Source of the DNA: Octopus vulgaris
Taxonomy: Eukaryota
DNA: 64,000 bases
Direction: 5' to 3'
Assembly (NCBI GenBank): GCA_951406725.2
Contig: OX597826.1
Span: 26,598,001-26,662,000 of the forward strand
The number at the start of each line of letters is the position of its first letter. Position 1 is the first letter of the stretch. Shown here piece by piece: positions 1-13,980 of the stretch. Position numbers and translations under genes: made by a program. The notes below the pieces were generated by a model that was not told the DNA's origin, made no database searches, and saw nothing but the letters and a program-made list of their open reading frames with translations.

Positions 1-261
1 ATATGTGTCTTTATTTGCGCATCCGTGTACCATTTTGTGTGTCTTTATTCGCGCATGCATATCCCTGTGTGTGTCAGTAAGTGTGTGTGTGGCAATCTGT
101 ATGGTACCTGCATTATTAGTCTACCCTGTTTATTCACGTTCGTTTAATTTACTTTTATTTATTTTATTCATTTCTTTTTATCTATTTACTTTTTCATTTC
201 TTCCTTTTTTGTATCAATTTAATTTAATTTAATTTATTGCATTTTGTTTAGGTATATAAAT

Positions 262-305
262 GACCACTGATGGTGTCACAGAAGTGTGACGAAAGAACTC
301 TGGCC
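262..305 (+). ncRNA. Minimal type-I hammerhead ribozyme-like motif (A9G variant) in a Penelope pLTR-like context
   Basis: GACCA-CTGATGG-T-GTCACA gaag TGTGAC-GAAA-GAAC-TC-TGGCC: 6-bp stem II, GAAA, CUC triplet, stem I with one mismatch. TATATAAA lies just upstream and AATAAA downstream (~324). Confidence 0.6.
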
Positions 306-419
306 GAAATACAATTAATATGAAATAAAGCTGAAGCAAGTGAACACCAAATATACAGTGCGACTGTTTTCATTGTCTAAACTGGTAGCATGATCATCTC
401 CAGCTACTACGCATTCTGT

Positions 420-567
420 ATTTTCTCTCCTTGTTTCTTTCTGTGGAAGAGCGTAGGCTCGAAACATTAATGCCTTTTTTAATTCCCGAACGTTAAACTA
501 ATACATTGTTTGTTGTCTACACCACCTGACCACCTGTCTTCGTCTTTTGTTTTGTTTTGTGAATTCT

Positions 568-571
<4 letters not shown>
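420..571 (+). mobile_element. Short interspersed repeat with degenerate hammerhead-like core (PLE-tail-like)
   Basis: CTGTGGA-A-GAGC gtag GCTC-GAAACATT at 441-468. A related sequence is on the minus strand at 25943-26150. Ends at a (TA)n tract. Confidence 0.45.
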
Positions 572-2070
<1,499 letters not shown>

Positions 2071-2719
2071 TACTCACGTTCACCCATATGCTCTGCTTTT
2101 AAGGAACAGGTGAAAAAGTACTCAATATATTATGTGCAGTATAATTATGTTTATTGAATTAACATGTTCTCTAATTTTTGTTCAAAGATTACTTTATGTA
2201 TCTAACACCATTTTCAGGCCATTAATGCTAAACACATCTTAATCGAAGGTGGATCGATGTGTGTCGCGTGTAGAGGACAGTAATTTACAACCAAATATTT
2301 CATGAACACAACGTTTCATTAAGAACAAACTGGACGCTGTTATTTCACTTGATGTGTGCGCTGACGATTTCTGCTTCGTTATTTGCATCGATTTTCTTGT
2401 TATCATAATATGCATCGTAGTGTCCACACAGCCATGTCTTTATGAAAACGCCGAGATAGTTATGCATGAGTTATTATTGATATCAACATTCAGACTAAAA
2501 CTTGTGTCGGTTATTTATTTCCATGTTATTGGTACGCAATGGATTTTGTGGAGTTACTAAAATTTTGTGGTAGAAGAATATTTGAAGGGCTGAAATACTA
2601 AATTCTTCGTGTGAAGGCCAAAGAAGATGTTTTGTGTTTCACGTTTAAAATGTGACCTAATAGAGGGATCAGGGGGATTACTGCATACGCCATTTCAGTT
2701 TCTTACCGAATGACAGTGC

Positions 2720-3460
2720 AAATGGTTTTCTGCGACACGCGACATCCTTTAGGATACCCCGTAGGGAAAAGACTGCAGGTGTTAGATCTTGAGAACATGC
2801 GGGCAAGTCAACTGCATCTCTTCGTCCTATCCAGTATGCTTGCAAATTCTCCTCCAGGTAAACTCGCTCGTCTCAGCAGTAGTATAGTGATGAATCCTCT
2901 TGATAAAAATTCATTTCAATGAAGTGCATGTATGACTGGTAACATAGACGTGCTTAGCATGTGTAGGTATGCTTGATCAGTGACAGCACCTCAAAGTAGA
3001 ATGTTCCTACTCAACCTCTTAATGACACTGTACACCAGACATTGACCCATTTTCTTCACACGGATTTGCGATTTTCTAGTGCCCAGTAAACCCAGTTATG
3101 TCGGTTCACTTTTCCGTGATTCATCAGACCACAAAATCGCCCTCAAAAATTCTTAATCCTCAGTTATAATGCGTTGAAATAACTCACAGAAATCAATTCA
3201 CCGATCAAGATCGTCATCGTTTATTGAACTTAATAGTCTTGAGATGAAAACTTTCCACTTAGCTCTATAAAGAATGCGCCGTATGTTTGTACTGCTTATT
3301 CCTGTCTCTCGTACAAATTAAGTGGCAGATGTCTGTAGTCAATGTGTAAATTATTGCAACATGATAACCAACGAAGAAACACTTGTTATGAACTTCAATA
3401 ACAATGTCAAACTTGAAATACCACATTCAAATGCATTTACGTTCTTTGAATGACAATCTT
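2720..3460 (-). pseudogene. Degenerate Tc1/mariner-superfamily transposase relic (Tc3/maT-like)
   Basis: Hand translation of the minus strand across stops and frameshifts: RETGISSTNIRRIL, ILWSDES, KVNRHNWVYWALEN, VNVWC, AYLHML, YWIGRR, SQDLTP, RGILKD. These match the WSDE..NRHN..YW..ENP / WIGR..SPDLTP pattern. Confidence 0.75.
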
Positions 3461-3853
3461 ACCCCTGCCAATTTGTCTTAGTAACTCACACTAGTATTCA
3501 TAAGAAAGTTTTCAGTGATTTTCATATGAAAATATTGGCCATTCACTGCTTCATACGACAATAGATAATCAAGTGAAATCGAATTTTTAACTTTTCAACA
3601 ACTGTAGAAACTACAGTATTTTTACAATAAATGATATTGAAAGGAAAGCATATTTAAAAAGGCCAAAAAAGAAAAATCAATGAAGGTTAAAGCTAACCTG
3701 CATTAATCCCGAGATATCTGAATTAATTTGCACGTCTGCATGCCTGCCTACCTGACTGACTGTCAGTCTGTCAATCTATCTATCTATATATCTGTCTGTC
3801 TGTCTCTTTATCTATCAGTCAAACTATGTATCTCTGCGTATATGTATGTGTGG

Positions 3854-3890
<37 letters not shown>

Positions 3891-3920
3891 TAGATAGATA
3901 GATAGATAGATATGGATGAG

Positions 3921-4237
3921 GAGACCCCTTCAGTTAAGATTGCACCTAGAAAGTTACCCTCCCGGTACAAGTCCGGGCAAGTTTGTTTATGGAAGACTAG
4001 CAGCCGGCCCATGCATACCGCGCCTCTCCACGCCACTAGTGTTATCCAAGGCAAAGGCAAAGGCCGATACAGTTTGGCATCGGTGACGTCGCAACTCATT
4101 TTTACAGCTGAGTGACCTGGAGCAACGTAAGATAAAGTGTCTTGCTCAAGAACACAACACGCAGGCCGGTCCGGGGATGGAACTCACAATCTCACGATCG
4201 TAAGCTCGACGCTCCAACCACTGAGCCATGCGCCTTC
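3921..4237 (-). mobile_element. tRNA-derived SINE, family V-like, near full length
   Basis: Minus strand: A box TGGCTCAGTGG, B-box-like GAGTTCCATCC, then GTGTTGTGTTCTTGAGCAAGACACTTTA (resembles the V-SINE domain, from memory). Its tail is shared with 18830-18928. Confidence 0.8.
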
Positions 4238-4287
4238 ATATATAGATATATATAGATATCTATATCTAAATCTATCTATCTATCTAC

Positions 4288-4366
<79 letters not shown>

Positions 4367-4899
4367 CCTATCTATCTATCTGTCTATCTATATATCGATA
4401 TATATATCTTACATATATACGTGTGTGCGCGCGTGTATATGTGAGTCTCTATGCGTGTGTGATGTGAGTTTATGCGTGTGTGCGTGTGTATGTGTATGTG
4501 TGCATGTGTGTGTATGGATTTACCAAAGTTAAAATTTTACCAGTTTGAAATGTTTACGCTGAAGAGCCTTTCTTTATGTGATATCACACACACACATATG
4601 CACACACACATACACACCAGTACTCTCTCTCTCTCATTCTGTCTTTCCTTCTTTCTTTCTCTCTCACGTGTAAACATAATTTTTAGTTGTATGAACTACA
4701 TAAACACTTCAGGTTTCACACACACAGATCCCCCCACAAACACACACATACATATATATATATATACACATACATACGAACATACACGCATACGCACACA
4801 TATAGATAGACCAACATATACATACATACATATATATATATATATATGTCTAAAAATATACAAACACTCATACAGGCACACACACACACACACATATAT

Positions 4900-4934
<35 letters not shown>

Positions 4935-5847
4935 CATGTGCGTATGTGTGTGTGTATGTACGTACATACGTGTGTGTATGTATGTGCATACGTGTGTATA
5001 TGTGCGTCCGCGCGCTTCTATGTATACTTATGCACAACCTGAATGTAAATAATTCTTACGTATTTTCCATCACTTTCCCATGCAGCGAAGGAGCGATGAA
5101 AACTCTACAGCTGTAAAACGATTGAGAACTTAGCCGCCTATTTTATCACCTTGTATTGTTACTAAACGTTATATTGTGCCATATATATATATTTGCCTTA
5201 TCATCATCTGTATTTTATTTCCATTTCAAGAAAACTGGAACATCCTCGTATTTATAAAATCTGTTTGAAAACATTCACCGTATTTCATTGTCCTATGTTT
5301 AGTAGATATTACGATACATTAATCCATACGCAAATATTATCTCGCTACTGTAATTCGCCGTTTGATTAATGGCGATATTGGAAATTGTAGCGATCGCTGT
5401 AAGCGTAAATTGCGAGTTCTTTACCGGTGTTATTTCATTGTGCAATCCATATCTTCGAGATACAGGTCTATAATTTAACCGAACGTTGATGTGGTCACTA
5501 TGTAATTATATGCAAATGCGTGTAACAGATATCCTGTAATCGCTGTTTCAACGCGTTAAACGTATTGCTTTATGGCGGATACGATCGGAATGATCATAAT
5601 GATAATCTGTAAAGATCAGCAATTGATAAAACGGCAGAAATATGCTCTAAAAATTCCTTACATTGTGTAATGGCGTTCCCAGTTCAAATGTAACCAGGGG
5701 TCAAATTGGCTCTTTCTTCCCTCATGTCTAGATGAAATATATAAATATTGGCGTCGATTAAATCGATATTAGCCCTTACTCCGACGCTTGTATACGATTG
5801 ACAGAAGGTAGGAATAATGAATACTAATATGAATATCACTACAACGT

Positions 5848-6040
5848 GAATTGGCAGAACCGTTCGAGTCCGAAGAGGAGGGGGAAAACCCTTGTAATAT
5901 TTATTCCGACTGGCTTTTTACATACGGAATTCAAATATCACCGAGGTCAAACTTCCCTTTCATCCCATCCGGGGTTGATAATATAAGAACCACTTGGGAT
6001 CTAGGGTCAATGTAATCTATTTGCGCCCTCCTGTAAAATT
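5848..6040 (+). mobile_element. Degenerate SINE, family M
   Basis: TGGCAGAACCGTT head, then TTCAAATATCACCGAGGTCAAACTTCCCTTTCATCC..GGGGTTGATAA, similar to 42121-42349. Confidence 0.6.
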
Positions 6041-6212
6041 GTCGGGATTGTAAAACATTATTATTAAAGTCAGACCCATTTATTTCGACCTACGTATCTA
6101 AGCCATATTTTTAATCACCAGTCACCAAATTAACTGGAGGATAGAATTTTCCCAATCCAACACCACGTTCTATTCCAAAAATGTTATCCTTCTTTTTATC
6201 GTTTGTCTTCTA

Positions 6213-6537
6213 CGTGTTTCAGTCATTAGGCTGCAGCCACGCTGTGCCACCACCTTCAAAGATAAGTACTAGAGGCGAACGAATCGACTGCAGTACTTAG
6301 ATATTCTTAAACGCCTGGTAGTTATTCTGTCGCTCTCTTTTACTAAGGCGCTAAATTGTGGGAACATTAACACACCCGTTCTCAAGCGATAATGGTGGAA
6401 AATGCAGACACAAAGACTTGCAGGCAAACAAAGAAACACATACACACATATACACACACACACGCACGCACGCACACACATACACATACTCACTCACACA
6501 TACCCGCGCAGATACACACACACACAACTAAATGTAT

Positions 6538-6584
<47 letters not shown>

Positions 6585-6604
6585 TATATATGCACACATA
6601 CATG

Positions 6605-6642
<38 letters not shown>

Positions 6643-6803
6643 CACACATATATTGGTACAACGAGTTTCCATTCAGATTCTGTCTACCAAATCTACTCAG
6701 AATGCATTGGTGGACCCGAGGCTATAGAAAAAGACGCTTGCCCAAAGTGCCACGCGGTAAGGCTGAAACCGGAACCACATAACTGAGAAGCAAACTTCTT
6801 ACG
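6213..6803 (-). mobile_element. SINE family C (CORE-like), diverged, with expanded internal microsatellite
   Basis: Reverse-complement match to 23965-24388 in head, core and the CAG..TGACTGAAAC tail. Confidence 0.75.
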
Positions 6804-6871
6804 AAACACTATGAAAATTGTGATAATACTTAATTTAGTTCACACAGCTGTCACTATTTCTAACAAACATA

Positions 6872-7259
6872 GGAACAGGAGTGGCTATGTGGTAAGTAGC
6901 TTGCTTACCAACCACATGGTTCCGGGTTCAATCCTACTGTGTGGCACCTTGGGCAAGTGACTTCTACTATAGTCTCGGGCCCACCAAAGCCTTGCGAGTG
7001 GATTTGGTAGACGGAAACTAAAAGAAGCTCGTCGTATATACATATATATATACATATGTGTGTGTGTGTATGTGTGTGTGTGTGTCTGTATTTGTCACCT
7101 CAACATCGCTTGACAACCGATGCTGGTGTGTTTACGTCCCCGTCGCTTGGCAGAAGAGACCGATAGAATAAGTACTAGGCTTACAAAGAATAAGTCCTGG
7201 GGTCGATTTGCTCGACTAAAGGCGGTGCCGCAGTCAAATGACTGAAACAAAGAAAAGAA
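6872..7259 (+). mobile_element. SINE family C (tRNA head, CORE-like CCTTGGGCAAGT, CR1-type tail)
   Basis: A box TGGCTATGTGG, B box GGTTCAATCC, CCTTGGGCAAGT, internal (TA)/(TG), tail CAGTCAAATGACTGAAAC followed by an A-rich end. Closely similar to 23965-24388. Confidence 0.9.
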
Positions 7260-7479
7260 TGACACTTTCTTAGCCCTCTTAAATGAAGGTGGTGCATTCT
7301 TCCTTGCGGATTCGGTTAATAGCTGTATTCGATTCCTGGTGACAACAGTATTTTCATATAACCTGGTAAGTGAGGAATGTTCGCATATCGAACGACAGGA
7401 TAAAGTTTCACCGCTACATTTAGCGAATTTTCGCTGCCGTTATATAGGGAACAAACACTCAGAGAGAAAGGTTAAAGAT

Positions 7480-7880
7480 GGAGAGCGGATTGCGATATCT
7501 AGCTGAAGAAGAGAAGAACGAATGAAAAGAGGGGGATGAAGAGAAAGAAGAGGAGTAAGAAAAAGTACGATACAAATAAAAGGAGAAAATATAATGAGAA
7601 AAGAGGGAGAAAAAGAAGACGAAGGAAAGAAAAAGTAAAAGAAACGGAAGAGGAGGAGAGGATTAAAGAAGGAGAAAATACAAAATATAATGATGAAAAG
7701 AGAAAGAAGAGACGAAAAAGTTACAAGAAGAAGGAGAAAAAGATGATGATGATGATGTAGAAGAAGAATAAGCAGAACAAGGGGAGTAGCGAGAGGAGAA
7801 GAAAGAGGTAAAAAAGTAATGCGAAGAAGGGGAGGGGGAAGAAGAAAGAGGAGGAGAAGGGGAGAGGAATTGAAAAAATA
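7480..7880. repeat. Purine-rich (A/G) low-complexity tract
   Basis: Nearly pure A/G on the + strand. Confidence 0.85.
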
Positions 7881-8177
7881 TTGGCAATGACAAAACGGGA
7901 AAGTATGGATGAAGTCGAAGTGTCGGAGAATTCTCTGGAATAATATCGTTGACGTCATTATGGTGTACATTTACAGACAAAGTTACTGCTTCCGCCAACA
8001 TATCGGTTCTGATTTTTAATTAGAATCAACTTTTATGTAATGATCAATATACACTTAATTATTAGAAACAGACACGTAAATGTGGGCAAAAACTGCTGCC
8101 GGCATCCTGACAATAATAATAACAAGCACAACAACAACAACTACTACAACAACAACAACTACAACAATAATAATAAT

Positions 8178-9150
8178 ACTTTCGTTATTGGCCACCAGGG
8201 CCGATCGCAAAACGTAGAAGACGATACAAAGACGAGGGACAGTGAGATTATACGTGTAAAAACCCAACAAACACAGCGATTAACAAAGAGGTTAAATCAA
8301 CAATATGCTTCCCCAATAGGGGTTGTTCCACCGTAAGGTGACCAAAGAGACCTCACGCACTTTGGACCCCTTAACACCAACGGCTTCACAGGAAGGCGTC
8401 CTCTCTTCTCCCTTCCATTCGCAAGTAGGCCCATTCACGCTGTCCATTCTTACCACATTCACCCACCTTTCAACGAACTTACTTTCTTGGGTTCAATTTC
8501 TGGTTCTATTGCCATGCCTTTCTGTTCTTGCTTTTGTCATCTCATGGGTTACGCTGCTTTCCTTTGGACATTTCTTTCTGTCCTTCTGTTCTGGTTCTGT
8601 GGGCAGAAAAACCGAAAGTGGGACGTTGAACCACAATCATGGGATTTCGGCCTTCAACCCTCCACGTTCACCTATAGTCCTACTCCATTCGAGAGAGAAA
8701 TCAGATCTGGGACTTTCTCTAACTTCTCTGACTTCACGTGGAGAAGAATTTCAAAGACAGTCCCTATCCAATCCTCTCGCTTCGATCTTTTAACATTCCA
8801 GAGATTCTCCCGTTCGTACCAATACAGGCGAGAATCCACCATAGATCTAGGTCTGGTGGGCCTCTACTCCGTATGTCTTTCAAGGCTTTTCCAACCTGGT
8901 AGCGTTTGGTATTTTCGAGCTTCCTTGGCTTTGTGTTCACGAACCAACAGACTACTGTCCGTTTGGCTGTTGCTTCAAGCACTCGCTCGGAGGTGTCAAT
9001 TCTAGACTTCTTCCATTCATTTTCATATAGTTTGCTGCCTTAATATAGTTTTTCTATTTTCTTCTCCAATGAAGTATTCAGCAATTTCTTAGCTGCCGTA
9101 ATATTTGCAAAAATCTCTTTCCCGCCACTAACTCCATTTTGTTAGTCTCT
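8178..9150 (-). mobile_element. Tx1/L1-like element: ORF1 (gag-like) relic fused to a 3' end, ORF2 essentially absent
   Basis: Minus strand: EKVPDLISLSNGVGL*VNVEG*RPKSHDCGSTSHFRFFCP (degenerate CX2CX4HX4C knuckle, ~8603-8644), then SKFVERWVNVVRM, then a 3' end GCCCTGGTGGCCAATAACGAAA before a (TTA)/(TTG) tract. Confidence 0.6.
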
Positions 9151-9252
9151 TCCTAGCAGCAGTTGCTGTTACTGTTGTTCTTCGTGCTACTACAATTTCC
9201 ATGTAGTGAGGAAGACTTTACTCTTTCCTTCCTTTCATCTCTTTTCTGATTT

Positions 9253-9361
9253 TCTTCTTCTTCTTCTTCTTCTTCTTCTTCTTCTTCTTCTTCTTCTTCT
9301 TCTTCTTCTTCTTCTTCTTCTTCTTCTTCTTCTTCTTCTTCTTCTTCTTCTTCTTCTTCTC
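9253..9361. repeat. (CTT/GAA)n trinucleotide tract
   Basis: About 36 uninterrupted units. Confidence 0.98.
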
Positions 9362-9394
9362 TCCACTCTCTCCGCTCTTTCTCAGACGCAAGAA

Positions 9395-10452
9395 AATTAA
9401 TACAAATAGCCACGAAAAACGAATAATACAAAAAAAACTGTTTTCAGTCTTTAAGGAAGCTGGCAAATACAAAAAAGGAGTCGTGGTACCTAACAACTAT
9501 GAAGAAAAAGAAGAAACAACAAAAGCTGTAAAACAACTGAAATCCAAACTAAAACTGGAACAACAACAGATCATGGTAAAACGATGGCAAGAAAAGCCCC
9601 TTCATGGCAAATACTGTGTTAAACTAAGCGCAAAAGAAATAGACAAAGCAAAATCCCAACAATGGCTGAGAAGCTCAGGACTCAAAGCAGAGACTGAAGG
9701 ATTTTTAATTGCAGCATAAGAACAAAACCTTCCCACTAGAAATTACCAAAAACATATCATGAAAAGAAACATAACAAGTAGCTGTAGACCATGTGGAGAT
9801 GGACAAGAAATAATAAACCATACTGTCACAAGCTGCCCAGTCCTGGGTAAGAAGGAATATATTCCCTGACAAGACATCGTTTGGGATTTATGTACACTGG
9901 AAACTATGCCAACACTATGGGACAACTACAGAAAAAAGATGGTATAGTCACACGCTAGGAAAGGTCACAGAAAATGAGAAATCAACCATACAATGGAATA
10001 TGCCAATACACACAGATAGAGAAATTAAGGCCAATAGGTCGTATATAGCTGTTAGTGATGACCAAGAAAAAAGAAAAGGTTTCTAATCGGTGCATCAATA
10101 CCACCAGATAACAAGGTTTCTTTAAAAGAAACGGAGAAACTGTCAAAATGCAAAGACCTAGAAATAGAGGTAACTCGAATGTGGAGTCTAAAAACAGAAA
10201 CACTTCCTATCATAGTAGGTGCATTAGGTATGATAAAAAATATTCAGACAAATACGTAACAAAAACACCAGGACTAACAAGTATATATAACATACAGAAA
10301 ATAGCACTATTAGGCACCGCAGACATCCTACGTAAAATACTTTCAATACAGTATCAATAAGAGCATCACCAGAAACCACAGCACATACCGAAGACACACA
10401 GAGCTGCCCTAGGTAGTGCAGTGAAAGCACGTGATTAAAATAAGATTACTGA
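9395..10452 (+). mobile_element. R4/Dong-clade non-LTR retrotransposon, 5'-truncated and degenerate (Zn knuckle + restriction-like endonuclease)
   Basis: WQEKPLHG, WLRSSGLKAETEGFLIAA, CRPCG..INHTVTSC, HWKLCQHYG, HTDREIKANR, EKLSKCKDLEIEVTRMW, PIIVGALG, IQKIALLGTADILRK. Ends in (AAT)n. Confidence 0.88.
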
Positions 10453-10531
10453 ATAATAATAATAATAGTAGTAGTAATAATAATAATAATACCCCAGTGT
10501 CACTTTGATGGCATGCACTGCTCTCTCACTC

Positions 10532-10620
<89 letters not shown>

Positions 10621-10621
<1 letters not shown>

Positions 10622-10984
10622 CCCTCTATATATAAACGGCAAAATGTCTATGTGTGTGTCCTTTATACAAATCTACAATTTTTCCGTTAGAGGGCTCACA
10701 CTTTCTATGGTCATTCAAAACCATCCAAGAGTGGTCGTGCACATCTCTACATTTCCTCAGGCACCCCACAAAGCCATTAAAAAATCAATAGAAGTGACTT
10801 TTTTATGAATTTTCTATCCAAACCCCAACCAAAATGCCCGAAACTTGATACGCCAATTGAATGCCAGCTAGCTGTATGTGATTGGTCGAAGATTTGGACA
10901 GAACTCGCGTGTATGTGCGCATGCACGCAGCTGTATATGCATGCACAAGAAGTGTGACCCGGCGTTGCCGGTTCATAGTGCTAG
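10621..10984 (+). mobile_element. Non-autonomous Helitron
   Basis: A|TC...TATATAAACGGCA start, subterminal hairpin CCGGC gtt GCCGG, CTAG|T end, no TSD. Confidence 0.8.
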
Positions 10985-10995
10985 TAATAATAATA

Positions 10996-11554
10996 AGTGC
11001 GTTGATGCAGTATCAGGCAGTGGCTTTTATGGCTTTTCATCTTCACTAATTGGAAGTGTTATCGTGTACATTGTTTTGTCTTGGTTTAAAAGATGTTCTA
11101 CAGCAAATATTCTGCTCTATAGCACAGATTTACTTGTCAGTTGTTTGACCTTCACCAGTTGAGCATCTCCCTTTGTCGCTGACGATATGTGCATCTCTGA
11201 CCATGAGCAGAATTAGTGGGGGAATAACATAGCCATGTGTTGAGAGGAATTCTTTGGGGTCTGGATATTTCACATTTGGAAATATGAATGTTTCGTTGAA
11301 CATCGTTAAACAACCTTTATTCAAAGATCTTTTGAGCGGTATGGGCTACTCAATCAGAAAAACAATTCTAACAGTGCCCCATCTGTAAGGTCATGCACTG
11401 TTCATCTTGATATGAGATCATAATGTCACGCACATATGGTTGTGATGCATGTGCCTGGTGTACCCTTATCAGATGTGTAGTGGTGATAGGTATACTGTAC
11501 TTCATATATTTGTACACCAGTGTCGCTTTAATGGCATACACTGATCTCTCACTC
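10996..11554 (+). mobile_element. Unclassified retroposon-like repeat whose 3' end abuts (AAT)n
   Basis: The 3' motif CCAGTGTCRCTTTRATGGCATRCACTGMTCTCTCACTC recurs at 10491-10531 (+) and ~14195-14240 (-). No protein recognised. Confidence 0.55.
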
Positions 11555-11659
11555 AATAATAATAATAAAAATAATAATAATAGTAATAATAATAATAATA
11601 ATGATGATGATAACGATGATAATAATAATAACAATAATAATAATAATAATAATAATAAT

Positions 11660-12203
11660 ATGGAACTTCACCATTCAAACTGACAGAAAGATAGACGCGA
11701 ATAGGCCAGACATCATTGTCAAAGACTTCAGACAAAAAACATGCCTCCTCATTGATATGACTGTCCCAATCGATATAAACGTATCTGTCAAGACCTACCA
11801 GAAACTGAGCAAATATAAAGATCTGGAAATAGAAATCAGCAAAATGTGGAACCTGAAGACTAAAACAATACCTGTTGTCATAGGTGCCCTGGGAATGATA
11901 GCAAAAGGGGCTGATTACAACCTAACTCTGATACCAGGTAAACCCCAAAATGGCAGAAATTCAAAAGATAGTGCTCATGGGAACTGTTCATATCCTACGC
12001 AAACTACTTTCTTTGTAATCTCAACTTTTAAAACAAACATAAGTTTCGTATGGTTTTTTAGGCATTCACTAGTACAACACTAAGTACAAAACCAAATATA
12101 TGGCACCCTAGGCATAACACCAACATGGACTTCCAACTTGTTGTCCCTTGAGGTCTCTGGGTGAGACTTGGAGCCAGCTTGTACAAATGCAAAGCAAAAG
12201 TAG
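11660..12203 (+). mobile_element. R4/Dong-clade 3' fragment (endonuclease + 3' UTR), second subfamily
   Basis: WNFTIQTDRKIDANRPDIIVKD..CLLIDMTVP..KLSKYKDL..IPVVIGALG (RPD..D..K motif intact). (AAT)n on both flanks. Confidence 0.9.
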
Positions 12204-12229
12204 AATAATAATACCAATAATAATAATAA

Positions 12230-12443
12230 TGGTTTCTAATTATGCCAAACGGACAGCAATTTTAGGGGAGGGGATGTACCAATTATATCGACCCCAGTGT
12301 TCAACCTGTGTTTAATTTATCCACGCCGAAAGGATGAAAGGCAAAGTCGACCTCGGTGGAATTTGAACTCAGACCGTAATGACTGGCAATATACCGTTAC
12401 GCGTTTTGTCCATCGTGCAAACGATTCTTCCAGCTCTCCTCCA
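12230..12443 (-). mobile_element. SINE family M (tail variant B)
   Basis: GAAAGGATGAAAGGCAAAGTCGACCTCGGTGGAATTTGAACTCAGA core, shared with 42121-42349. Confidence 0.8.
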
Positions 12444-12924
12444 TGGATAAAGAAGGAGAAAAAGAAACGAGGGGAAAATGGCAGAATAATGGTACCAAGT
12501 TTAGTATTAATAGCGCTCATAATACCAATAAAATAGAAACAATAAACGCGAAGATCATTCCTAGCTACTTGTCTAATTACTAAAGGAACATCTCTTGTAG
12601 ACTCTATAGGAGACAGCTATAAACTAGCACCAAGAATAACATCAGCGCACACAGTGGTGCAGGAGGAACTCTTTCATAAATAGATACACCGCTACACGTG
12701 AAAGTACATACTCATAGCGTAAGAGACGCTAGTTCCTCCACCCACAGACACATGCACACACACAAACACGGACACATATGAAATCTTAATTAATTTACTA
12801 ATGAGCATTCTTTTTCCCGATACACACACATAAATGTAAATATACATAAATATATATAAATATATATCAGTGTATGAACAGGGATGTACATATACATATA
12901 CGTGTATATATGCGTATATGTATG

Positions 12925-12979
<55 letters not shown>

Positions 12980-13291
12980 GTTTGTATATATGTATATATA
13001 CGTGAATGTGTGCGTGTGTGCCTGTGTGTATGTATGTGTATACGTGTCTGTGTGTGTATGTGTGTGTATAATCAGCGAGAGGAAATGGTTGTCAGACAGA
13101 GGCGCGGGCGTTGACTGCGAAGACTATGAAAGTCAACAAGAACATACTTGCATACATACTGGAGCCTGGACAATTTCTCGGAAAGAATTACGGCAATATA
13201 TCACAAATTCTGAACCTATTTATAAGCCTCTTCTATTGTAATGGCGTTGTTAATTTGCCCTAAACATACATTTAATTGTTATAACTGTTCT

Positions 13292-13329
<38 letters not shown>

Positions 13330-13899
13330 TATATACATATATATTGCTTCTTTTTGTATGCTATTTATAATCAATATAGGTGTCATTCTTGTTTTTTTTT
13401 TTAAATTTTTCTGCAATTTGTTTAATATTAAGTCGATGGTAAACGCGTGTTTTAAATGTCAACTTAGGTTTCTGATAATTAATTTTCCAATGCTGTTTAA
13501 TTAGCAAACGTGAGGAACGTCTCTTGCATACACTTACAATTTCTGTTAAATACATACACACACACACACACGCATACACACGCACACTCACACACACACA
13601 CATATACACTCACACACACACGCACGCACACACACACATGGAAAGTATATTTAACTTTCTAACTCTCGCTTTCCTTCAATGTGTGTACATAGAGACATAC
13701 AAACACATGGTCACAAATGCGCACGCAAACACACATACACATACACACACAGAGGCACTCACACACATACACGCGTTAACAAGACTCTTAAACTAGCCTT
13801 ACAGTTTTCAAATGACGCCACACCCCGAGCAGGCCAACAGAAGAGAGAAAGATGCGGCTAAAAGTACAACAGGGATCGCCACCACCAGCTGCCGGAGCC

Positions 13900-13980
13900 T
13901 ATTTCTGTTGTTATTCCATAGTGTTGGCATAGCTTCCAGTGTATATAGAGCCCAACACTGTCGTGTCTGTGAATATATTT
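13900..13980 (-). mobile_element. Small R4/Dong fragment
   Basis: KYIHRHDSVGLYIHWKLCQHYGITTE, homologous to ~9860-9935. Confidence 0.75.

Noticed and set aside
3100-3135. Minus-strand CTGATGA..GAAA hammerhead-like match
   Set aside because: It encodes the transposase WSDES motif, and no stems form.
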